64,000 bases of DNA, taken from assembly GCA_964016885.1 (NCBI GenBank), contig CAXHJY010000899.1:108234-172233 (forward strand), in the 5' to 3' direction. Below are positions 24,971 to 41,926 of the stretch, one piece after another. This DNA is from Eledone cirrhosa (taxonomy: Eukaryota). The notes beneath the pieces are model-generated. The model was given only the letters and a program-made list of their open reading frames with translations. It had not been told where the DNA came from and did no database searches. Numbering within the stretch: position 1 is the stretch's first letter; each line of letters opens with the position of its first letter. The translations under genes were made by a program, and so were the position numbers.

Positions 24971-27236
24971 CTTACATCATAGAATTAACACAGAAATACA
25001 TCAAAATCATAGGAGTAAGAAATGCATGCATGTATACATACATCAGTATTTTACTCAAATGAACCAATCACATACAGCATCAGATATGATGTTTACATTA
25101 TTTTAATAAAATACTATGCTTTGAAGCAAACAAATTAACAAATTATTAAGATATTTTTTTAAATATATATATAAGAATGTTTACACAAGAACACATAAGG
25201 AAAACATGAACAATGAAGACAGAATAAGTAGGAAGGTAAGCAATTCAGCAAAAACAATTAACCTATTTGTCATGATTACAGAAAAGACACTCACACAATA
25301 AATAACATAATTGAATTGATGATGCAAATAATCAGAAAGAGAGAAGATGAAGAAATATCTGTAGTGTGGAAGGTCATCAATATATCAATAGTAAGGATGT
25401 TTCAGCATACACTAGGGAGGAATACTTAATCTACAATGATAAGGTAAACTATGAAGGCAAGGAACAGGTTTCTTCCCTGCCATCACTAGCTTCACAAAAA
25501 AATAAAATAATAAACATTATGGAATCAATAGAAGACCAACATTTGGTTATCAGAAAAATTCTAGACAAAGAGATCAAAATCAATAACATAAGCCAGCTGA
25601 ATTATAGAAGAACAGCCACAACTATTACAGAAAGAAAAAAATGAAAATGAAAAATACCATAGCGCTAGCAAGAAATAGGAAATGCAAACTACATAAAGCA
25701 ATAATATTGCCTTGAAAAAAAAAAAAATAAAAAAAATAAAAAAAAACCTAGAAAATTTGTCTAAGAAAAGAGCTTTTAATTCAAATCAATGGACACTCAG
25801 AAGGAAAAGAAAGTAATTGAAATAATTTTCTATGAATGAAAAGATTTCAGAAACAAAAGACAAATTAAGACAAATAATTTAGGCATTATCTCAGAGAATA
25901 AAATGCCATGAAAGGGAAGGGGTGCAATTCTTGCATGAATTCAATTTGGTTACCAATTTAACAAGAGGCAAAGCTGGTCAACAAATATTTGACTACAAAT
26001 GGCAAGGCAACTACACTCTGGTATATGTCAGTCTGTATACAGAAAATTGCTAACATTGTTAAAAAGCCACCCATCAGACTAAATTATTCCAGCTTAATAG
26101 TCTTGTCAATCCCAACCATCCAAAACACTTTTATGAAAAATATAACTGGCACTATTTTTTGTTACAATTACTTATAGATAAAAATATCTTGTATAATAGT
26201 AAATGCACTGAAGCTGAAATAAAAAATAAAAAAACACATTAATAAGATACCAAGCTAAAACACACAAAATACACACAGCAATGCTACCAGGCACAGCAGG
26301 TAGTCTCTAGTCACATCAAAGTACATAATACAATCACACACACACTGAAGCACATCACACAATTGCCAAATATATACACTGCACTTCATATAATGCCTAC
26401 CCCTAATACTACAAATATCTAAATATAAAATAAATTTGCATCTTAGCTAACACACTCACAGAGCATTTCAGTGCTGAAGTGGAAATACACCAGAGAAAAT
26501 TGATAGTTATGATAATAATTTGAACTCTGGGATGTAACTAAATACTGCAAAGCATTTTGTATGTTGCACTACTAATTCTGTTATGCACTGGCCTAATAGT
26601 TAATACTGATAATAATAAAAATAACCAAAACAGATGTTGGTATGAGCAACATCATCATCATCATTTTACATGTTTAATATAAAAAAATTCATCAATTCAG
26701 ATTTGGTTAATTTTAAAAGAAACTGGGTTCTGGCATGGCTATGTGGTCAAGAAGTTCACTTGGCATTCACAAAGTCCCAGGTTGAATCATAATGAGCAGC
26801 ATCCGTGTGTGTGTGTGCATGTGAATGTGTGTGCATAGTGTGTGCATGCATATGTGTGTGTGTGTATCTTTCTCTTTTCGCAAACAATGTAAATATGAGC
26901 AGGAAAAACTAATAACCTTGTGCTTTCAATTGAAGACTTTTATGATAATTGATCTACCTAAGTTGCACTCATCATCAAATATGATAGAGATTATATATAT
27001 CATATTACATCCCAAAATATTGGAAACACATCAGATAATGTCACCTTAGATATCCTTAAAATATGAAGATGGTCATGGCTGGAGTGATCAAGGCTGACTT
27101 TTGACTAAATAGAAATATATTTAAAGTTGTTTTGTACAGCAATTTTGAGTTACACACCATTTAATGAAAGAACATGCCCAGTATTTGTACAGAATCTATT
27201 TTACCATCTAGAATATCAAGGGAATAAGTTTGTGAA

Positions 27237-27580
27237 GGATCATGGCTTAGTACCTAGATTATTAGGCTCACAATCATGAGGTTGAGAGTTCAATTTCTGA
27301 ACCAAGCAACATGTCTCCCCGAGCAAGGCATTTTATATCACATTGCTTTAATTTACTCAGCAGGAAAAAATTAGTTGTGATGTCACAGCCACCAAGCCGT
27401 GTCAGCCTTTGCCATTCTCTTAGGCAACATCAGTGGCATGACGAGAGGAGGCTTATGCATGGGAGATTGCTTGTCTTACACAAAACACTTTGCCTGGGCT
27501 TGTACCTCAGAGAAAAACTTTCTAAGTGCAAACCTATGGTCAGTGATGAGCAAAAGGGGCCTCCCTCCTTCCCTCCCTAA
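27237..27580 (+). mobile_element. Old tRNA/CORE-like SINE
   Basis: catggcttagt...gagttcaatt...gagcaaggcattttatatcacattgcttt...actcagcaggaaaaa. Confidence 0.6.
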
Positions 27581-29014
27581 ATGTTGAGTCTTGGAGAATC
27601 AGGTAAGATTTAAAGATAGTTCCAAATCAAAATCATTTAGTTTTCAGTTGTACACTAGTTCAATGATGGCAAACAATTTTGAGCCCAAAATGTAAATTTT
27701 TTTTTTTTTAGAATAATCTTCTTATTGAACTGTCACTTACATGAATACATATATTTTGTTTTAGGCAAAAGCTTATGTAGATAAGCTTTTTATAACATAT
27801 TACAGGGAGATTTTTTTTCAAAGTCCATAGCATGTCACTACTTCCTCACATGTCAGTGCTGACACTATCACCATCACCACCCTAATTAAATTTGGGTTTT
27901 AACACAACATCAGTTGTTATTGTTGTTTGTCTCCAAGTCATCCTATCCAGCGAGGCCTATATAGTCAAAAGGTGGGATCTGAGGGAAATTTGACTGCCAT
28001 TTCAGCATGACACAATATGTGGCAAAGCCGGACATTTGAGGTACATCCACCAAGTTTCCATATGGTTTCCATCTACCTATTTACCCTCACAATATTTCAG
28101 TCAACCTGAACATATAGTAAAGAAATTTGTCCAAGATACAACAAAGCAGAATTGAACCCAGAATTTCATGATAGTGAAATAACCTTCTTACCCATTCAGC
28201 CATACATTGTGTCACAATAAAATGTACCCAGAACACTCTGTAAGGTGGTCAGTGAATGAGTGGAGACACCATAGGTCTAAGTTTGTCTCTACAACAGTAA
28301 CAAAGTTCACCTCAAACAGTCCTTTCTGCCTTTAAAGAAATAAGGTATGCGGGGAGGGGATAGTGGAGGAAGATGAATATATGTTGCAAAGGAAAATGAA
28401 TTAAGATTTATCACTTCTATAAGAATTAAGAGCACCCATCTTTGCCTTATGGATTTGCTTGGAGGTGGTTCAGTGAAACTCACACACATATACACACACA
28501 CTTATACCCACAAACACAGACATACAGCCACAAACACAAACAAACACATACAAAATAACCATAAGAGAAATTCAATAGACACTACTGCCCTACTGTTAGT
28601 TTTATCTGACCTTTTTCGTTTAGAGTAGACAGTAGATATAGATAGACTAGTCAGGCCCCTATTATCATACACCAGATGCTGGTCAGGGACATATCATCCA
28701 CTCTTCCCCCTCTTCCTACTTTACTTTAACCCCTACAACCCACTCAAGCACACTTTTTTGCTTTACAATGACAATAAGATAGATGGGGAAGGGTAGGAAA
28801 GAAATAAGAACAATAATAACAAGGAAAATAAATAAAGAGACAATATAGGGAACAATTTTAAAAGGGGACACAGAGATATATATTAGCTACAGCTCTGTTT
28901 TGCAGCTGTATAAATTTATCTTCAGTTGTCAAACTATCTTTTGTTGCCAGTGATTGGTTTGGATAAAATAAAATAATCAGGTCTTGTGATAATGTACCAG
29001 GATTATTCTACAAA

Positions 29015-29410
29015 ACACCACTACCTCCAATACCACTGCCAACACCACCTCCTCCAACACTACCATCATTACCAATACCACCATCGTCAACACCATAATA
29101 TCATTACCAGCACCATTACCATCAACATTACCACTACCAACACCACAATACCACTACCATCAACATTACCACTACCAACACCACAATACCACTACCATCA
29201 ACACCATAATACCAACACAATACCACTACCATCAACACCAACATACCAACACCACAATACCATTAGCAACACTATCATGAATACTACAATATCACTACTA
29301 TGAACACCATAATACCATTAGCAACACCAATACCAACAACATCACCACAACCAGCACCACAATACCACAACCAGCACCACAATACCACCACCATCAACTC
29401 CATCCCCACA
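29015..29410. repeat. Degenerate (CAC/CAA/TAC)n trinucleotide low-complexity tract
   Basis: Runs such as caccacaataccactaccatcaac. Confidence 0.85.
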
Positions 29411-29633
29411 ATCATTACAACCCAGTAACTTCACTCAACAGCCAAATCTCCTTCAAATCACTCCACCACTTTAAAAAAGAGGACATATGTAATTTTAAAT
29501 ATGCCTCAAAAAATGGGATGGCCATTCATGGTTGGAATGCATTCAGTCATAGGTCTGACCTGAAGCTAAACAACTGCAACACACCACTATCATCACCACT
29601 AACACTGTCAGTATCATCAGAGCTGATTTGGGA

Positions 29634-29860
29634 CTAACCCTTTAAGCATTTACATAACGCTATATTCATTATTATATTTTCACAGTAAACACTTTATCTC
29701 TCATAATTATCCCACATAATATCAAATCTATGAGATTTTAATATTATTTATTTTGAGAAAAATACCTTAACATCAGTATGAACGGCCAGTTACAGCCGGT
29801 TTGAACAGAAAGAGGTGAGAGAATTCTGTCCGGATACAGCCAGTTTAAATAAAGGGTTAA
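29634..29860. mobile_element. piggyBac-type MITE
   Basis: ctaa-CCCTTT...AAAGGG-ttaa termini. Second copy at 3018-3233. Confidence 0.7.
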
Positions 29861-30210
29861 ACAATAAGACCTTTTCAACAACTACAACCATCCCCACCAC
29901 CACCATATTCACCATACTCCACAATATGTTACCACCAGGAAATTGTTCCTAGTACATGCTGGAAAGTGGTTGGCATTAGGAAGGGCATCCAGAGATAGAA
30001 ACCAAGCCCAAAATGGAACAAACGAGCAAGACATGGTCACCTGACTAGTCTAGCCGAGCAAGACAGTCACCTGACTAGTCTAGCATCAAAACGTGACAAG
30101 CTATCCAACCCAATCAAGCATGAAAAAGGGAACATAAAACGGTGATGATTATATATGTGTATGTAGTTGATGGTCAAGAGAAAAGTACTCAATACCAAAG
30201 TAGAGTTTAA

Positions 30211-30357
30211 ATATTCATTTATTAAGGCTAAATAGTAAGTCTTGTTACTCTGGAGTTTCACCTGCCTCTCACAGGGTCATCAGTCTGAAGACCCTGTGAG
30301 ATGCAGGTGAAACTCCAGAGTAACAAGACTCACTATTTAGCCTTAATAAATGAATAT
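30211..30357. mobile_element. 147-bp palindrome made of two inverted Penelope-like ends, each with a hammerhead-ribozyme core
   Basis: 73-bp arms with 3 mismatches, centred at 30284. Each arm reads CTGA(A/T)GA-c-cctg..cagg-t-GAAA-ctc-ca-gag-TA ... AATAAA. Confidence 0.7.
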
Positions 30358-30974
30358 ATATATATATGTGTGTGTGTGTTTATTTTAATATTACAGACAA
30401 AATGGCGATGATATAGTTTGATTTTATTTTTAGATGTCTTTCTTTTAGCTGTACTTAAACTAATTAGCATAAGTCTCATTCACAGAGACACTCCAGCCTC
30501 TAGTCCACAGAGACATGTCTCTTTGCTCTCTGCCTATTCTACTGTTACTACAATGTCTTCTGCCCATTTGGAGTTAGTCTCTACTACCCCCACACAGATG
30601 CTACAGACTTGTCTTTCCTCTCATCACCTATCTTATGTCTAACACTTGCCACTCACACATATATACACCAACCACTATGATCAGTCCTTCCTGCCAAGAA
30701 GGCCTGCCCCCCCCTGTAACACCCTCCCTGCTCATGTCTTTCCTACAGGTGTTGACTGGCAATAATTTAAGCAAAACATCAGTGGTATCAATCTCACCAA
30801 TCTTGGAAAGCCTCCAAAAGCAATGAACACGCCTCTTCCTCTAGATCTTGATGCCTGACATTTATTATTTTTTATCAAACTCTCTGCTAAAGCCATGGCA
30901 CAAAAAATCATTTAGTTTGAATTGCGAGATATGTATGTGTGTGCGTGTGTATATATATATATATGTATATGTAT

Positions 30975-31276
30975 GCACCTCTTAACCCAATGTACACCCC
31001 ACACACCTACCCCATCCTCCCTTTCCTGTTCCATCCACTGTGTCGATGAGACAACAGTCCACACTGTAAGGTGGTGGTGTAGGAGTCACGGTAAAAGGCT
31101 CCCAGTTCACACTGTGTGGTTGGTGTTAGGAAGGGCATCCAGCTGTAAAAAAAACCTGCCAGAGACACTTCCGTATGAGCGAGACACGGGTCCCGACCAC
31201 TCCCACATCAAATGGAACAAAACCGTCTAACCCATGCTAGCGTGGAAGATAAACATTAAACGATGATGATGATGAT
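30975..31276 (+). mobile_element. RTE LINE 3' UTR fragment
   Basis: Homologous to 11190-11548 (cagtccacactgtaaggtgg, ggtgttaggaagggcatcc), with a (GAT)n tail. Confidence 0.75.
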
Positions 31277-33048
31277 GTGTGTGTGTGTATATATATATAT
31301 ATATACATTAAACGGAAAGAAATTTCCCAACCCCTCAGATGCAAGACACATCACAACATAACCACATATCCTCCATCTCACTTAACTTTTGAAAATCATC
31401 AAACTGTGAAACCAGTAAAGTTATTATAAATAAATAAAGATTCCAATTGCATTTTCAACTTCTTTTTCTTATATTTTTACCCATGTTGTAAATACATACT
31501 TCCATATATATATCATCATCGTTTAACATCTATTTTCCATGCTAGCATGGGTTAGATTTCTTCTAGACAGTGCATCAAGGATCATATTATCCAATGGATC
31601 TTTGGACGCTAAGGTGGCTTTCGAAGAAGATTTGGCAGATATTTCTACCAAAGTTGAGTAACCACATAGACTGTAAAGACTCCTTTGTTAGGCAATAAGA
31701 TTGGCAAATTATCTGAATGCAGTTTTAGGCAGTTAACAGTCAGATAATATTCTATCGTGAAACAGTTCTCAGAGCTAAAGTACATTCAACTCCTAAAAGA
31801 AATAGAAGCTGAGTCATCTTGAAGTTTTAGATATATTGGGAACAAGAAGTCAATTCCAAATTCACTATTTTATCGCCTTTCGTGTGATATACTTCAGAAG
31901 TTATATACTATAAAAAGATATATCACTGTGTGTGTGTGTATAAATTACGAAAGTCACCAAATTTATATATATTCTCACAACGACATTAAAATATATATTT
32001 AGAAGAAATGGTGTCATAAAAACTGTAATAATCTTTGTGGGAGAGATAACACCCACACTGTCACAGTTCTAGGGGTTCTGACTCAGATCAATTTTATACA
32101 AAATTTATCTAGTATTACTCGAAGTGAAAAAGAAAGGGGCCCTATTACCTGTATTACACACACACACACATTATTTTATTAATCATACAGAAGTAAACAA
32201 AATACACATAGAAACACAAAACAAAGGATATCCATAACAGAAATACAATGCACACAATATCACCACCATACAGACATAACACCAAACATAGCAACCGTAA
32301 CAACATGTCGTCGCTCGTAAGTCTGTGTTCGATTACGATTAGAGCTGAACTGCAGGTTAGGGGATAAGCAATAACAACGACAATAATAACGCACATCACA
32401 ACAAGCAACATACACAATTTAACCAAAATTGATTGTTTTGTTTATGTTACATTCAAATATCACCGGAAACCATGCAATTTCAGTGTCGTCTGCAATTAGA
32501 AAGAAACGAGTGATGCCGAATGTTCTTCACAAACAAACCTTTAAAGATAACATATGGGGAAAAAAGAGGATTTTTCTTTGTTTTTGTTCTAGCTTTTTCT
32601 TGAGAAAAAGATTTTTAAAATGCCCAATGAACAAGCTATACCAGGCAGATAAAGACAGGATAGCTATCATTAACAGTGTTTAACAACAATGGAAGGAACA
32701 TCGCTTCTGCAGAACACCAAAAACGAAAATGCAATAACAGTAATACTAAATAAATGAATAAATAAATAACAACAGATAATTTTAATAAAAGTTATGCAAA
32801 TAGTCTTGAACAGAGCAGTATAAAGATCAAATGATAAAAAGCTAGTTTATCAATATAGCAATACAGGTTGGAAGTGAGGCACAGTTGATAACTGTTTCTA
32901 CTTTAGGCACAAGGCCAGGAATTACCCAGCACATTACTGGTACTTTCAATAACATAATATAAATATTACACACACATAGATACACGTGTGTATGTGTGTG
33001 TGCATTATCCACAAACATGCATATATATATACATACACCACCACCCCC

Positions 33049-35592
33049 TATATATATATATACACATATATATAATATATATTCCTACATATATCTACAC
33101 ATATACCACCCATACATGTGTGTGTACGTTTGTCTTCTCTCTATCTCATATATATATATATATATATATAGATATATATATAGATATATATATACACACA
33201 TATATATACATACACATATATATATATATATATAGATATATATATAGATATATATATACACACATATATATACATACACATATATATATATATATATATA
33301 CATATATATATACATACACATATATATATATATATATATACATATATATATACATACACATATATATATATATATACATATATATATACATACACATATA
33401 TATATATATACATACACATATATATATATACATACACATATATATATATAGATATATATATATACATACACATATATATATATATACATACACATATATA
33501 GATATATATATACATACACATATATATATATACATACACATATATATATATAGATATATATATACATACACATATATATATACATACACATATATAAATA
33601 TATATATACATATATATATACATACACACATATACATATACATACACATATATATATATACATATATATATACACATATATACATACATATATACACATA
33701 TATACATACATACATATATACACACATACACATATATATATACATATATACATACATATATACACATATATACATACATACATATATACACACATACACA
33801 TATATATATACATACATATATACACATATATACATACATACATATATACACACATACACATATATATATACATATATACATACATACACATATATATATA
33901 TACATATATATATACATACACATATATATATATACATATATATATATATACACATATATATATATACATATATATATACATACACATATATATATATACA
34001 TATATATATACATACACATATATATATATACATATATATATTACATACACATATATATATACATATATATACATACACATATATATATACATATATATAT
34101 ATACATATATATATATACATATATATATACATACATATATACATACACATATATATATACATATATATATACATACACATATATATATACATATATATAT
34201 ATATACACATATATATATATATATACATACACATATATATATACATACACATATATATACATACACATATACACATATATATACATACACATATACATAT
34301 ATATATACATACACATATATATATATATACATATATACACATATATACATACATACACATATATATACATACACATATATATACATACACATATATATAT
34401 ATATGTATATATATACATACACATATATATATATACATATATATATACATACACATATATATATATACATATATATATACATACACATATATATATATAC
34501 ATATATATATACATACACATATATATACATACACACATATATATATATACATATACACATATATATATATATACATATACACATATATATATATATACAT
34601 ATACACATATATATATATATACATATACACATATATATATATATACATATACACATATATATATATATACATATACACATATATATATATATACATATAT
34701 ACATATATATATACACATATATACATATATATATATACACATATATACATATATATATATACATATATATATACACATATATATATACATATATATATAC
34801 ACATATATACATATATATATATACATATATATATACATATATATATACATACATATATATATATACATATATATATATACATATATATATATACATATAT
34901 ATATATACATATATATATATACATATATATATACATACACATATATATACATACACATATATATACATACATATATATATACATACACATATATATATAC
35001 ATATATATATACATACACATATATATATACATACACATATATATATACACATACACATGTATATATATATATATACATACACATATATATATATATACAT
35101 ACACATATATATATATATATACATACACATATATATATACATACACATATATATATACACATACACATGTATATATATATATATACATACACATATATAT
35201 ATATATACATACACATATATATATATATACATACACATATATATACATACATATATATATACATATATATATACATACACATATATATATACATATATAT
35301 ATACATACACATATATATATACATATATATATACATACACATATATATATACATATATATATACATACACATATATATATACATATATATATACATATAT
35401 ATATACATATATATATACATACATATATATATACATACACATATATATACATACACATATATATATATACATATATATATATACACATATATATACATAC
35501 ACATATATATATATACATATATATATATATACACATATATATACATACACATATATATATATACATATATATATATACATATATATATATAC

Positions 35593-35623
<31 letters not shown>

Positions 35624-35628
35624 CATAC

Positions 35629-35659
<31 letters not shown>

Positions 35660-35674
35660 CACATATATATATAC

Positions 35675-35705
<31 letters not shown>

Positions 35706-35718
35706 CATATATATATAC

Positions 35719-35765
<47 letters not shown>

Positions 35766-35800
35766 CATATATATATACATACACATATATATACATACAC

Positions 35801-35831
<31 letters not shown>

Positions 35832-35936
35832 CATATATATATACATACACATATATATACATACACATATATATACATACACATATATATATATACACAT
35901 ATATATATATAGATACACATATATATATACATACAC

Positions 35937-35967
<31 letters not shown>

Positions 35968-36098
35968 GATACACATATATATATACATACACATATATAT
36001 ATATATATACATATATATATACATACACACATATATATATATACATATATATATACATACACACATATATATATATACATATATATATACATACACAC

Positions 36099-36147
<49 letters not shown>

Positions 36148-36152
36148 CACAC

Positions 36153-36215
<63 letters not shown>

Positions 36216-37055
36216 CATATATATATACACACACACACACATATATATATACATATACACACACATATATATATATACATATATACACACACACACACAT
36301 ATATACATATACACACACATATATATATACATATATACACACACACACACACATATATATATATACATATATACACACACACATATATATATACATATAT
36401 ACACACACACACACATATATATATATACATATATACACACACACATATATATATATAATATATATATATACACACATATATATATATATACACACACATA
36501 TATATATATACACACATTATATATATATATGTGTATATATATATATATGTGTGTGTATATATATATATATTATACACATATATATATATATATACACATA
36601 TATATATATACACATATATATATATATACACATATATATATACACACATATATATATACACACATATATATATACACATATATATATACACACATATATA
36701 TATATACACACACATATATATATACACATATATATATACACATATATATATATATACACACACATATATATATATACACACACATATATATATATATACA
36801 CACACACATATATATATACACACACACATATATATATACACACATATATATATATACACACACACATATATATATACACACACACATATATATATACACA
36901 CACACATATATATATATACACACACATATATATATATATATACACACACATATATATATATATATACACACACATATATATATATATATATACACATATA
37001 TATATATACACACACATATATATATATACACACACATGTATATATATACACACAC

Positions 37056-37086
<31 letters not shown>

Positions 37087-37461
37087 TATATATACACATA
37101 TATATATATACACATATATATATACACATATATATATATATACACACACATATATATATATACACATATATATATATACACATATATATATATACACATA
37201 TATATATATATACACATATATATATATATACACATATATATATATATATACACATATATATATATATATACACATATATATATATATATACACATATATA
37301 TATATATATATACACACATATATATATATATACACACATATATATATATATACACACATATATATATATATACACACATATATATATATACACACATATA
37401 TATATATACACACATATATATATATACACACATATATATATATACACACATATATATATAT

Positions 37462-37508
<47 letters not shown>

Positions 37509-38793
37509 TATATATACACACATATTTATATATACACACATATTTATATATTCACACACATATATATATACACACATATATATACACACATATATATATA
37601 TACACATATATATATATACACATATATATATACACATATATATATACACATATATATATACACATATATATATACACATATATATACACATATATATACA
37701 CATATATATACACATATATATATACACACATATATATATATATATATACACATATATATACACATATATATATATACACACATATATATATATATATATA
37801 CACATATATATACACATATATATATATACACACATATATATATATATATATACACATATATATACACATATATATATATACACACATATATATATACACA
37901 TATATATATATACACATATATATATATATACACATATATATATATATATACACATATATATATATATATACACATATATATATATATACACACATATATA
38001 TATATACACACATATATATATATACACACATATATATATACACACATATATATATATACACACATATATATATACACACACATATATATATACACACACA
38101 TATATATATATACACACACACATATATATATATACACACACACATATATATACACACACACATATATATATACACACACACATATATATATATATACACA
38201 TATATATATATACACATATATATATATATACACACATATATATATATATATATACACATATATATACACATATATATATATATACACACATATATATATA
38301 TATATATACACATATATATACACATATATATATATATATATACACATATATATATATACACACATATATATATACACATATATATATATATACACATATA
38401 TATATATATATACACATATATATATATATACACACATATATATATATACACACATATATATATATACACACATATATATATACACACACATATATATATA
38501 CACACACATATATATATATACACACACACATATATATATATACACACACACATATATATATATACACACACACATATATATATATACACACACACATATA
38601 TATATATATACACATATATATATATACACACATATATATATATACACACATATATATATATACACACATATATATATACACACACATATATATATACACA
38701 CACACATATATATATATACACACACACATATATACACATATATATATATACACATATATACACATATATATATATACACATATATATATATAC
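33049..38793. repeat. Giant compound (TA)n/(CA)n microsatellite field, ~5.7 kb
   Basis: Almost uninterrupted purine-pyrimidine alternation of TA, CA and TACA units. Confidence 0.98.
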
Positions 38794-39403
38794 ATGGTGG
38801 CTGCCAACTCGTTTTCGAGTACGGCCACTACTTTATATCCATGTAGGAGAACCCCTACCGATGCGCTGAACGAGTGTGACTTTTTAGTCCAGCCAGCGAC
38901 TTGAAAACTCTGGTACAAACACTACACTTGTGACAATTATTGACACATAGTGCTGGGCCCATGGTACCATGTGATGACAAGTGCAGAGAGATCTCCAGAT
39001 ATAAAGCAATACCTGTGCCGTGAAGCTTTTATAGTGAGCAAAGGCACTGCACAAAGCCAGTCCCACTCTCTTAACCAAGATGATATTTACCAAAAAGAAG
39101 AACAAGTCAACATCATTGGAAACCATCAGGGTTGCAGGTGTTATATCAGAGTTTTCCTTCTCCTAGAATTCTGCCTTGACAAAGGCTAAGGGGTCATCTC
39201 ACCCGGTGATTTTGAATGGCCATTGACTCTTAAGAGCTCCTTTGCCCTTTGACAGGTTTTGTTTTTAGTCCTGCAGGATGTCCAAAGTCACCCTCCTCAC
39301 CAAGAAACCTTGGTGGGGTTGCCAGTTTAGTCGCCAACGACCCGACCATGGGACAGGTTGTACTGGGATACATGTTACCAGTAGCACCAACTGATGACCT
39401 GAC
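38794..39403 (-). mobile_element. Internally deleted (bipartite) RTE-like non-autonomous retroelement
   Basis: The minus strand has a 5'UTR-like part (ctaggagaaggaaaactctg), then a terminal C2H2 knuckle [23 protein letters not shown], a short 3' UTR and a microsatellite tail. Second copy at 58489-58944. Confidence 0.7.
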
Positions 39404-41135
<1,732 letters not shown>

Positions 41136-41555
41136 AGTAAAACTTCAAGAAAAATAAAAACAATCCATAAGCTGTTCAATGAATGAATGAATGAAAAGCG
41201 TGTCTCGGGTGAGGGAGTTCATTGCAGTGACGATCAGCTGATTATATAAAACACTGCAGTGACACGTTGCTAGAAGCCAGACGAGTTAGTATGTTTTGTG
41301 GTGAGGGGGTGATAGCAGTTTGGAGGAAAAACTAGCGTTACACACACACACACATTGTAGAACCTTGGCAAACTTCTTTCCACTTTTCCCTTTAACATAT
41401 ACATACATGTATACACACGCATACATAAACACATGTATACTCTCACACAAATACATATATGTATACTCTCAAATACATACATGTATACGCAAACACACAT
41501 ATATATATATATATATTTCTATACCTTTCATATATATATATATATATATATATAC

Positions 41556-41926
41556 GGGGTAACAAATTATTGTTATATGTAGTCCACTTAGTGTAGTCCA
41601 GTTATGGTACTCCGGATAGTGGATGATATCAAATAGATTGATGTGATTATTTCAAATAATTTATTGCTAGCATTGTTGATATTGTTCTGACTGAATGCCA
41701 TTACTACTACATATAGTAGCCTGTATATTCTTTTCATGCCTGTATATTCTTTTCATTCTCGCAAGCTCCGATGAACTGAGTGGTTATAACTTTGTATTGG
41801 TGATCGAGTAACGTGAAAATAAGCGGATAGCGATCTCTAGACCTACCAGTTCAGAGAAACAATTGTCAGCAATGAGATTAAAAACCTTTTTTGTATAGCA
41901 AACCGTGTCACTCTTCTTTCCTGATT
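41556..41926 (+). mobile_element. (TA)n-flanked insert with a hammerhead-like motif (Penelope-like terminal repeat candidate)
   Basis: gct-CCGATGA (41768-41774) ... GAAAC-aatt-GTC-agc (41856-41870), followed by attaaa. TA tracts on both sides. Confidence 0.55.

Noticed and set aside
25366-25644. 92-aa ORF, possibly a decayed retroelement fragment
   Set aside because: A-rich and without a diagnostic motif I can identify with confidence.
28986-29303. His/Thr-rich 105-aa ORF
   Set aside because: It is a translation of a degenerate trinucleotide repeat.
39315-39403. HDV-like ribozyme at the 5' end of the bipartite RTE element
   Set aside because: A ctaa-actgg / ccagt pairing exists, but I could not build consistent P1, P3 and L3 elements.
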